A stretch of DNA of 61,661 bases, counting the filler, from Anaerolineae bacterium (GTDB lineage: Bacteria > Chloroflexota > Anaerolineae > Epilineales > Epilineaceae), in assembly GCA_029262755.1 (NCBI GenBank). It is 4 parts of 4 records of this genome, joined end to end, with 100 filler letters (N's around TTAATTAATTAA, not from the genome) between each part and the next. Parts side by side here need not be neighbours in the genome. Positions count along the whole stretch, not along the records: positions 1 to 16,132 come from JAJCYU010000384.1; 3 more parts are not named here. One strand, written 5' to 3'. How positions within the stretch are numbered: the stretch's first letter is position 1; each line of letters begins with the position of its first letter. A program made the translations under genes and the position numbers. Of this stretch, positions 1-10,800 are shown piece after piece. The notes below the pieces were generated by a model. It searched no databases. It saw nothing but the letters and a program-made list of their open reading frames with translations, and was not told the DNA's origin.

Positions 1-221
1 TTGGCCGTCGGACCGAGAGCCGTGACGGATGCCGCGAGGAGTGTGCGGAGCACGGCGTGTTCTCGTCGCACATTGTGGCAGACAAGACGGGTCGAGGCAG
101 GCGTGGGTACACCGAAGATACTGGACTGCTGTCGCGCGACCGTCGAACGCCCTCCATCGAAGGGGCGCGTGGCCCTCCGGCACGCGGGATCAGGATCACC
201 CTCAAATTCGCCACCCCCGCC

Positions 222-1748
222 CTACCCCAAGGCGAAGAACTGCCGGATGCGGCCCAGGATCTCGTCGCGCAGGCCCGGCTCGGGCGGTACGCGTGCGCCG
301 GCCTCCGCTACGCGCGTGCGCTGCTCGAGCTCGCGGTCGGCGAGGATCTCGCTGAGGCGTTCGGCGATGTCGGGATCGGCCAGCAGCACGGAGCCGAACG
401 TGGTCTTGTCGACGACGATGGCCTCCAGCTCGGTCGTGGCGACGACGGTTGCGGAGCGGGGAGCGCCGGTGCACAGGCTCATCTCGCCCATGATGTCGCC
501 GCTGCGCCTGGACGCGACCACCACGGGCTCGCCGTCGGCGCCGCGCACGCGGACCTCCGCCTCGCCCTCGAAGAGCACGTATAGCGAGGAGCCGGCATCG
601 CCCTCGCGCATGAGCACCTCGCCCGAGGCGAAGCGTTGCAGGTGGGCGCCATCGGCCAGCTGGTCGATCTGCGCGGCGTCCAGCGGTGCCAGCAAGGGCA
701 GCGGCGCGAGCATCTCGCGAATCCACGAACCGCGCTGGGCCGCTTCGCGCACGCCGGTGTCCTCCGGAACGGTCCGCAGGTTCACGTCGCGGATCGGGAA
801 GGGAATCGTCATGTCGGCGCGGCGCAGGGCGTACCACAGCCGGGTCATTACCGCGTCTTGGATGTCGCGCAGGTCACGGTAGTCGTCGATCCAGTAGCGG
901 ATGCGGTAGGAGATCGCGAAATCGTCGTAGCTCATCGTGAAGAGTTTGGGTACGGGCGTCAGCCGCACGCCCGGTGTGCCCGGCATCGCGGCGGCGAGGA
1001 CGGCCTTTACCTGCTCGGGCGGGTGCGGGTAGGCCACGCCGATAAAGGCGTCGATGCCCTGCAGGCGCGACGGGCGGCTGTAGTTGACCATGTTGCCTGT
1101 GGAGACGTTGCTGTTGGTCAGCACCACGTGATGGTTCTGCCGCGTTCGCAAGGTCACGGTACGCCAGTTCATCTGCGTGATCTGCCCCTCGAAGCCGCCG
1201 ACATCGACCCAATCGCCGATCGAGAACGGGCTCTCCAGCTGCATCACGATGCCGGCGACCATGCTGCGCAGGACGTCCTGCAGCGCCAGGCCGACGACCG
1301 CCGAAGCGACAGTCGACGACACGAGGACGGTGCCGAGCGGCAGCGCGAACACCTGGCTCGCGATGGCCATGCCGCTGACCACGAGCAAGACGACGTGCAC
1401 AACGTTGAACAGCAGACGGGGTACGGCGCCCTTGCCTAGCCGCGAGAGCAGCCCCTTCCAGACGGCCAGATCGAGCAACTGTAGGACCGCGTTGACGGCC
1501 ATGATCAGCCAGGCGGCGCGGGCCACCTTGAAACCGACGGGAAGCGGATCCGGGACCTCGGCAAAACGAGAGAGGGCCACGAATTCGAAGGGCGCCGCCA
1601 CGATCACGACCAGGACCGCCAGCCAGACCGCGTACAGCGCGCGGCGGCCCTGGCGGCTCTTGCGCAGGGGAAGGATGAGCGCGCTGCCGGCCAGGCCTAG
1701 GCCGACCGCCGTGAGGATGAGGGAAAGCGGTTCGTAGATTTCGAGCAT
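222..1748 (-). CDS. Mechanosensitive channel (MscS family) with C-terminal cyclic-nucleotide-binding domain
   Basis: N-terminal TM helices; MscS core 'GLALQDVL..AGI..ESPFSIGDWV..GQITQMNWRTV'; cNMP motif 'GDIMGEMSLCTGAPRSATVVA'. Confidence 0.92.
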   Translation of the reverse strand: MLEIYEPLSLILTAVGLGLAGSALILPLRKSRQGRRALYAVWLAVLVVIVAAPFEFVALSRFAEVPDPLPVGFKVARAAWLIMAVNAVLQLLDLAVWKGLLSRLGKGAVPRLLFNVVHVVLLVVSGMAIASQVFALPLGTVLVSSTVASAVVGLALQDVLRSMVAGIVMQLESPFSIGDWVDVGGFEGQITQMNWRTVTLRTRQNHHVVLTNSNVSTGNMVNYSRPSRLQGIDAFIGVAYPHPPEQVKAVLAAAMPGTPGVRLTPVPKLFTMSYDDFAISYRIRYWIDDYRDLRDIQDAVMTRLWYALRRADMTIPFPIRDVNLRTVPEDTGVREAAQRGSWIREMLAPLPLLAPLDAAQIDQLADGAHLQRFASGEVLMREGDAGSSLYVLFEGEAEVRVRGADGEPVVVASRRSGDIMGEMSLCTGAPRSATVVATTELEAIVVDKTTFGSVLLADPDIAERLSEILADRELEQRTRVAEAGARVPPEPGLRDEILGRIRQFFALG

Positions 1749-1754
1749 GGCCGC

Positions 1755-1760
1755 ATTGTA
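1755..1760 (-). promoter_or_regulatory. -10 box TACAAT 6 nt before the MscS ATG (probable leaderless transcript)
   Basis: Minus strand reads TACAAT-gcggcc-ATG, with no Shine-Dalgarno between. Confidence 0.55.
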
Positions 1761-1784
1761 TCCCCGAGGGCCGTTGGAGTTAAC

Positions 1785-1824
1785 GGAGCCGGGGACGCGT
1801 CGACAGCGACGCGTCCCCGGCTCC
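1785..1824 (-). terminator. Hairpin terminator downstream of giant DUF11 gene
   Basis: Perfect 18-bp stem ggagccggggacgcgtcg / cgacgcgtccccggctcc with 4-nt loop; weak U-tract. Confidence 0.7.
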
Positions 1825-1861
1825 TGCTATGAACGCCGCGCGTAGGCGGCGAGGCTACACC

Positions 1862-4800
1862 CTACGGCCGCAGTTCACGCGGGACGCCGGGGCAGTTCGG
1901 CAGCTCCTCCTGCTGGAAGTGATCGAAGACGGGGAAGGCCTCGAATGCCTTGCTCTCGTCGCCCGGCACATCTTCATCGCCCAGCGTAGCGCCGACGCGT
2001 TCCACCGCGACGCCGCCGAGCCCGACCAGGTTGCGCTCGAAGCCGCCCTCGTCGTCGAAGACCGGGTGCTCCCAGAAGACCGCGCTGACCACCATGGAGC
2101 CCAGGAAGCCGGGCGGCACTGCGCCCCAGGTGTTGAGGTCGATGTACTCGACCTGCTTCTCGCTCAGCTTCTGGCACACGTAGTCCAGCAGACCGTTTTG
2201 GTCGTAGAGGAAGATCGCGAAGTCCGTGAAGCCGGGCTTCGGTACCAGGTTCGTGATGCCGATCTCGCTGGTGATGCCGCGGTTGCCCTTGGCCACCATG
2301 GGTATCGCGAACACAGCGCTACCCGAGGTCAAGCCGCCCTTGGTGCCCGTCGCGATCTGCCAGTCATAGAGCAGGCATTCGGTCTGGGCGTTGTATGCGA
2401 CGGCTTCCCTGCGCACCGTGCGCGCAGGGTCGGCCCACCGGTCGAGAAGGACTACCGAGACGACCTTCGGCGGATCGACGAGCGGCTGGCCCGGGGACCA
2501 CCACTCTTGGCTCTCGACCCGCGCGCTGCCGGTCCAGTTGCCCGGAAGCGCGGCGATGACCGGTAGGAAGAAGGTCTGGCTGCCGCGCGGGCAGATCCAG
2601 TCGACGAGCGTGGTGATGACATCGCCCGAGCGGTCCAGGAAGTAGACCTTCACCTTGGCGTTGACCGTGGCGCTCAGGTTCTGCACCTGGATCGCGCTGT
2701 CCCAGCCTTGGTACTCGCTGTAGACCAACGGTGCGTAGTTGATCTGGTTGCCCAGCGAGAGGGAAAGGTCGAACACGTCCGCGAAGACGCCGGCATAGCT
2801 GGAGAAGTGGTTGTCGCCCATCGTGTCGACCACGATGCCAAGCGGCTGCGTGGAGCGGATCCACGCGGTGCCCAGCCAGTCCGGACCGATCACCGTGCTG
2901 GGATCGAAGTGCAGCGTCTCGCCCGGCGCGAGGGCAAGAACGTCGCCCAAGATCGGCCGCAGGCAGTTGTCCTGCGCCTTGAACCAGAACTCGAGCGATG
3001 TGCACTCGATGCCCGAGTTTTGCACGTAGAGCCACGTGTTCAGATCGTTGCGATCGGCGAAGATCAACGGCGCATAGTAGCCGTAGCCGCCGTAGCGCGG
3101 ATCGATGGCGCCCTCCATGTCGGAGCTGATACCCGTATAGGCCGCGCTCATAGCCACGCCGGCGTCCGTGTCCATGCACGTCCGGTTGACGGAGACCGCC
3201 AACGGCTCGCCCGGGTGGGCGGCGAAGTCCAAACGCAGCTGGTCGCCCGACGGGCCGATCGGTCCGCCGAAGACGTCCTGGTAGCGATACGCTTCGTCGA
3301 ACTGCAGCCACTCGATGTGGCTGCCGACCGCCAGTTGGAAGATTGCGTCACAGACCGCGTCCGCGAAGGGAAGCTGGTTGCCGCGCTCGTTGCGGATGCG
3401 GTCCGAGGCGTTCAGCGAGTACACGATCGCGCTGCGAGCGCCGTTGGGAATCTGGCCGGTCGCAAAGCTCCACGCGCTACCCGGCCGGATCAGACCGGAG
3501 CACTCGGTCTTGAGCGGACCCGCGGACTGCGGCGGGCAGAAGCCCGGCTCGCCCCAAGCCACCAGCAGGGCCTTTGTCTCCTTCTTGCCCACGTTTTGGA
3601 CCTGGATCCACGTCTCGCAGGTGTCGCCGCCGAGCACAGGTAGCTGCACTCGTACGTCGACGCCGGCGCATGGAATTGCGATGCGCGCGTTGTCGCTCGC
3701 CTCGACGGCGCCGAGGCAGGGCAGGAGGGTTCGTCCCGAGTTGACCGGAGTCGCTCGGACCTCGACCGTGTCGTCGGCCGTGCCGCAGGCCTTGGACACG
3801 TGCGGGATCGTCACCTGGCGAAGAACGGTCTCACCCGGTGCAACCGGGAGCCCGGGATCGGCGCCTGACGTGATCGTATCGGTGAAGATGATCGTCGGCA
3901 TCGTGGTGCGCGTGCGCAGCGTGTCGGTGACCCGGATGGAGTCGAGCCACGTCGTGCCGGAGTTGGTGATCTCGAAGCAGAAGGTAACCGGCTGGCCGGT
4001 GCGGTTCCACACCTGGGGCAGGTCGATGCCGGGGCAGGTTCCGTCGAAGGAGACGGTCTTGCGAACGGTCACCGCCGGGCACTCGACCGTGGTGCCCTCC
4101 GTCGCGACGTTGTTGGCCGCGTTCGGGTCGTAGGTCGGCGTCCGTGGACCGCCGCCGACGCCCGGCGCGAACTCCGGCGCGGGCGGCCATGCGGCGTCGT
4201 TGGTGCGCGTCTCCACGCGCGCTGTGTTTTGGATGGTCGCCCCGCACGTGGCGGATTCCGCGACCCGTACGCGTATCGTGATGCGCGCGCTGGAGCCGGC
4301 GTTCAGACGGCCGAGCTCCGGGATGCCTTCGTTGTTCGGATCGTTGCCGACGCGCACGGTGATGCGCCCATCGTCTCGGATCTCGACCACCACGCCCGCG
4401 TCCACGTCGACCTCGACCAGCGCCGGGTCGAGTATGAGGTTGCCGTCGGAGGGCAGTTGATCGATGACGTATACGTCGGCCGCGTCGGACGGGCCCTCGT
4501 TCGTCACGGTCAGGTCATAGGTGATCAGGCCGCCGGGCGCCACGGGATCGCAGGTCGCGAACCCGGCCGCGTCGTCGACCTTCACCAGGGCGAGGTCGGC
4601 CTCCGCGATCATGTGCGTGAGCTCGGTGTCGCTGTTGTTCTCGAGGTGGAAGTCCGTGGTGCTGCTGGCCACCATGGCGGTGTTCTCTGCGATCAGGTCG
4701 TCGGCGTCCAGGACGTAGCCCGGATCGACGCGCGTAACCAGGTAGAAGGAGTGGCTCTCGCCGACGTTCAGATCGCCGGGCAGGATGGGATCGTTGGCCA

Positions 4801-7800
4801 CCTGCAATGCATCGACCGACACGGTGCGCACGCCGTCGAAACTGCACGCGACGACGTCGTCCGGGTCGATCGGCTCGCAGCGCACGAAGGTCTCGCCGAG
4901 GATGCCCGGCCCGGCCTGCTTGAGGTCGAGCAGATCGGTCACGACGACATCGCGCGCGACGGACCAGCCCATGTTCCCGAACGTGATCCGGTAGCGGTGC
5001 TCGTCGCCGGCCAGGGCATCGTCGGGCTCGAAGGGGCGGTCCAGGCGCGGCTCGGCCGGAACGTCCACCTTGGTGACGAAGACGTCCGCCACGGTGTTGA
5101 CCTCGACCACCTCGGAATCGGAGTTGTTGTTCAGGAAGGGGTCATCGGTCACCGGCAGTGTGGGCGGCAACGCGGGTAGATCACCGATCGGCAGCGGCGG
5201 CGGTTGGTCCGGCGGCGTCGCTTCGCCCCACATGACCAATGCCTGGTTGGTGATCGTCGGGAACTCGTAGGACGGATCCATGCGGACGTAGATGTCGAAG
5301 GTGTGGCGCCCGCCGGCCGGAACGTCACCGATGTCGCAGACCAAGAGCGTGCTGTTGACATCATCCGGACGACACGATGCGCCCACGACCCGCTGCAGCT
5401 GGAACGAGGTGAAGAGCACGTCGATCACCTGGACGTTCTGCGCATCGCTCGGCCCGTTGTTCTGGACGGAGATCTCAAAGCGCAGGTCGTGGCCCGCGGT
5501 GACCTGGCCCGGTAGGTCTTGCAGGATGAAACGGCGCAGCACCGGATCCCAACCGGTCTTGTTCTCACCGACCGACGTCTTCGCGATGCTCATGTCGGCC
5601 CAGGTGTTGACGGTCGACTGGACGAACACGTGGTTGTCGGCGTTGTCGGGATCGAAGATGTCGGCGCTCACAAACGCGTCGTTCTCCAACACGGCGCCGG
5701 CCGGGACGCTGGGATCGACCAGCATCTGGAAGGTGATGGTGGCTGTCTCACCCAGCGGCAAGGTGCCCAAGCCGCATTGGAGCCGGTCGAGCGCTTCGCC
5801 CGGCGTGCCGGTCTGGCAGCTGCCCTGGCTGAGCGTCAAGCTGCCCGGGATGAGCGTGGCACCGGCCGGCAAGCGGTCGGTGACCAGGACGTTTTCGCTA
5901 TGGGACGGCCCGTTGTTGGTCACCGTCAGCGTGTAGAGCAGACGTCGGCCGGCCGTAACCTCCGCGACGGAGGTCAGGTAGTTGGGGGCCTGCGGGAAGG
6001 GAATGCCCGGGTTGGAGATGTCGAACACCAGACCCGGCAGGCCGATTCGCTGGACCTCGCCCACGACGCTCTTGGTCAACGCCAGATCGGCGGTGTCGGT
6101 GATCTCATGCTCGACATAGGCTTCGTCGTTGCTCGCATCGGGATCGATCGACGAGGTCAGGACGCTCGCGACATTGTCGAGGTCCTGGGTCTGCGCGGCG
6201 CGGACACGCATCGTGAGAATCCAACGACCGCTGTTGGGCGGGCCGTCGGCGGCGAGCACCGCGAGCGTTGCTTCGTTCTCGGGCGTGTTCGGATCGTCGC
6301 CATCGGACAACGTGCAGTCGACCTCCAAGCGCTGTTGGACGTCCGCCACCCCCGTGGGCGGCAGCACGCCGAAGGCGGGTGGTGCATCGACGATCGGCCA
6401 GTCCGTGGCCGGTACGGGTGTATCGGCCGGTGGTCCCGGATCGCCGGAACAGAAGGCGTCACGGTCGCTCTGGATGTCGATCACATCGAAGTTCTCGCTG
6501 CTCTGCAGCAGGTCCTTGATGGCGACATCGCGCGCGAAGCTGGGACCGAGGTTGTCGACGATCACGGTGTAGGTGAGCACGTCGCCCGCGCGCACCTGCC
6601 CGTCCATCTTGCCGAATTTGCGCACGCGCAGATCGGAGATGGCCTGCACCCAGACGGGCGCGTCGTCACAGACCTCGGAGGGTTCGGAGTTCGAAGCGCC
6701 CACGCAGGAGGAGCAGATGTAGATGCCGGGGCCGAGTGCCGGATCGAGTTGGGCCAGGACCAGGAACGAAACCGTGCTCTGGCCGGGCAGGATGTAGTCC
6801 GGCGCGGTGCCGGCCGGTCGGCATACCAGCACTTGCCCGTTCACGGTGCAGTTGCCGGAGTCGGCGACGTGGAGGAAGCCCGCCGGCAGCGTCTCGGTTA
6901 CGACGACGTCCGTCGCGTCGGAAGCGCTGGGGTTGGTCACCTGGACCTCGTAGACGATCTGCTGGCCCGCCGCCGGGTTCGGGTTGGATGCGACCTTGGC
7001 GATCTGCAGCCGAACAACGTCCGGCACGATCACCTCGGTGGCGTCCTGGTTCGGGAATTCGGTTTCGAAGCCGGGCGGCGGCGACTCGGGCGTATCCGTG
7101 GTGACCACGGCCGCGCATGGCAGGATGGATCCGGCCGGCGTCGAAGGGGCGACACGCGCTTCAAAAGCGATCACGATCTGGCCGGAATTGCCGCGCAGCG
7201 TGCCCGGTGATGGCGGGATCAAGGTGGAATCGGTCAGCGGGTTCGCGAAGGCGTTCGACCAGGTCAAGACCTGGCCTCCGCCCGGCGCCGTGCTCACGTT
7301 GGGTTGCCCGATAAAGTAGCCGGGTGGGCTCGAGTCGATGCGCGCTGAGCCGGGTATGTAGGTGAGTGAAGGCGGCAAATTGTCGGTGAGCACTACGTTG
7401 TGCGCCGGTGCCGGACCCTCGTTGCTCAGCACGAGCAGGTAGGTCAGCGTCTCGCCCGGCAACACGACCGTCTGGTTGACGAGTTTGCGTAGGAACAGGT
7501 CGGGGTTGAGAACGGATACGGTGGCGTCGTCGCAGGTCTGGCGTGTGCCGTCCGGATTGGTGAGGACGCCGCAAGCCACGTTGCGTATGAGCGTGCCGGA
7601 GGGGATGCCCGGCCGGACGCCCGCGCGAATCGTGAGCGTTCCGCCTTCCTGAGGCTGAACATCGCCGCCGCGCAATGGGGGCTGGATGCTGAAGTCGAGC
7701 GCCGTAGAGCCGTCCGGGTTCACGACAGCGGCGACCGGTGCGATCGGCACGGGGCCGGCGGGCGTCGCGCCGTTTGTGATGGCGGTGGTGTTCCATTCGT

Positions 7801-10800
7801 GCGTGGCGCTGACAAAGAAGAGCTCGGGTGGCAGCAAGTCGCGCAGGATGACCTGCGATGCGTTCGAGCCGCCTGTGTTGGCCCAAGCGATCCGCCACAA
7901 TACCTCGTCACCCGAGGTGACCGTGGGCGGTTGCGGGCCCTGCTTGGTCAGTTGGATCGCCGGCTCTTCCTCGATGGTCGTCACGACCTCATTGGCGATC
8001 GCGAACAGGAGTTCGTTCGAGAAGATGGCCGCCTCGTTGAAGATGACGGTTCCGGCCGGCGAGTCCTGCTGCGTCGCCGTGCGGTCCTCGTCGTTGCGCA
8101 CGCGGAAGCCCACCTCGCGCAGGGTCGCGTCCACCGGCAGGAGGGCGGGAGTGATGCGTGGGTCGTCGACCAGCCAGGCCACCCACGTCGTGTCCTCACC
8201 GAAGGGGCTCGTCCACGGATCGTCGTAGGGGTCGGCGGGCGTGCCTCCGTCGCCGCCGGGGATGCCGGCGGTGAATTCGGCCGCGATGGCCGCCGCGTCG
8301 AGCGGGGTCGCGATGTCCAAGGTTCCGGGCAGATCCGGCGGCAGGGCGTCGCTGAAGCGAACGTTGGGTCCAAAGGCCTCCACGAAGACCATCTCCGGCG
8401 GTACTCGGTCGACGATCCACGTGCCCGTGGAGGGGGCGGAGCCGACGTTGTTGAAGCTGAGCGCGTAGTCCAACTCGGAGCCCGGCGCGATCTCGTCCGG
8501 CACGTCCTGCTTGATGAGTTGAAGTTCCGGTTGGCTGATCACGATGCCGTTGCGGTTGAGGAAGGCGACGACCGGCTCGCAGTCCGCGTTGGGCCCCTGG
8601 CCTTCCATTCGAGCTTGAATGCGATAGGGGGTCAGGTTGGGTGCGCCGCCCGGAATCAGCAGCTGCAACGTGACGAACTTCGACTCCCCCGGATCCAGCC
8701 CCCCGATGTTGCGGGTCACGGTGCCCGCGGAAGGGTTGAGCGAGACGAGACTACCGCCGGTGGAGCCGACGTAGGTTTGCAGCGTCTGCACGCCGTTGAT
8801 GGGCAAGCCGAACCACCTCAGCTCGACCTCGACGTCCTCCGTGCGCGTGCCCAACACACTGTTGTTGGCGACGCGTAGCGTATACGTGATCTGGGCAGGT
8901 GCTTCGACGGGGTCCGGGTCGATCGTGACCAACGCCGCGGAGATCTGGAAGAAGGGGCGTGGAACTACCTGTATCGTGGGTTCCCGATCGAAGGTGCTCA
9001 GAGAGCCACCGGGAACCGGCTGCTGCACGCCGGCAAGGCTGGTGAACTCGAATGCGTTGAACAGACCGTAGTTGTTGATCACCCGATCTTCACACGCCAG
9101 AAAAGGATCGTTGGCCGTGACCCTAAACTCCAACCACAGGTTGTTTACCGGCGTCGTCGGCGAGGTGCAGCTACCCACGATCGCGCATTGCGCGGCGTCG
9201 AGGACAGGTACGTGGAAGGCTACCCAGTGGACATCCGCCGGGTTGGCCGGCTCGACGGTGGTCCAGAAGTTGTTGCCCGGAACATCAAGGTCCGCCGGCG
9301 CCTGTGTGTAGTCGAAGGGCGGCGGAATCGGTTCGTTCGGCACGACGGTAGGACTGATGGGCTCCGTGGAATAGAAGACTGTTAGGTTGGCGTTGGCCGT
9401 GCTGGGCGTGAGCTGCACCACGGTGGCCGAGCCGGGCACGTAAGTGACCTCTTCCGGCACCATGTCGATGTGTACGATCTCGTTGAGCGCGACGGCACCG
9501 TTGTTGATCGTTCGAAGCAAGTACGCGAATTCATCTCCGGTCTCAACGCGGAAGCTCGCATCGTCATTGAAGCTGAAATTGGCTGTGCGGCTGCCCAGGA
9601 GGTTGTCGCCCTTGGCATAGATGCCTTGCGGCGTCTCGTCGACGCCGATGGTCACCTGCTCAGGGTCGCAAATTGTCGCGGTAAAGCGCGAGTGCAGGCA
9701 GGCCACGTTGTCGATCACGTCGCCGTCCATCACCGCCGGCGCCGTCTCGACCGTCACCCTGTATCGGCCGTCGAAGGTCTGTCCCGGCGGGAACACGCCG
9801 TCGTTCGCGGCGCCGTGCATCGTCCAAACAATGGCGAAGGGCAGGACGGGACTGCCGTCCGGCGGCGCGTAGTTTTCGATACACACGCCTTCGCTGGAGA
9901 TGTTAGGGATGTCCGCCGGTGAGAGGACCGTGAAGGCGGAGCAATCGCTGCCCTGGATGAAGGGCATCATGGCGGAGACGTCGTCCCACACCACGGAATC
10001 GACCATCGTCTCGCGGTCGACGGGCGCAAAATCGTTGCCGTCGATGAAGCCGGGCGGATCGCTGATCTGATATGTGATCACGTTGCCCTGGGGTACGAAG
10101 TTCGTGCCTCCGATGTTGACCACGTCAAAGGCGCGCTTCGAGACGCCCGGCCGAGGCGAGCTCGTGATCGTCGTCGTGACCGTGTTGCTTGCAGCGGCGA
10201 CGGCGTTGGAAGCCTCCGCGCGCACCGTGTTCTCGTACACGGTGCCGTTGAGGGTGCCGTTCTTCGAATCGATGTTCATCCGGAGGATCGTCGTCGTGCC
10301 CTCGGGGATGGTGCCAAGATCCCAATACACGGAGTTGGGGGGAACGGTCACGCCGCTCACCACCAGCCCCGCGGCCGAGTACTGTCCGCCGTTGGTTGCG
10401 GACTCGAAGGTGGGATTGTCATCCTGCCCGTAGTCGTACGGGTAGGTAACGGTGCCGACATCCGTGTGGGGCAACGTGTCGTACACCACCAGCCCCCGTG
10501 CCTCGACGAAGCTGACGCTCAAGCTGATCTCGTGGACGACGACCACGCCGGCCGCGCGTGTGGTCACCGCGTCCTTCTCGAGCAGCAGTACGGATACCGC
10601 GTTCCACGTGACTTGCAGCTGCTCCACGGTAGGAGCGGTCGTGGTCTGCGTTAGGTTTAGGCGGACCTTCAGCTCAGGGTAGGTCGTGGCGATGAGCGAG
10701 GTGAGGCTGATCCCGCCGGTCGGCATGACGGTCGGCCCGAGGATCACGGCGTCGCTGTTGAGGGGGTCCAAGATCTCGATGGTGAGGTTGGTGAGGTCGA

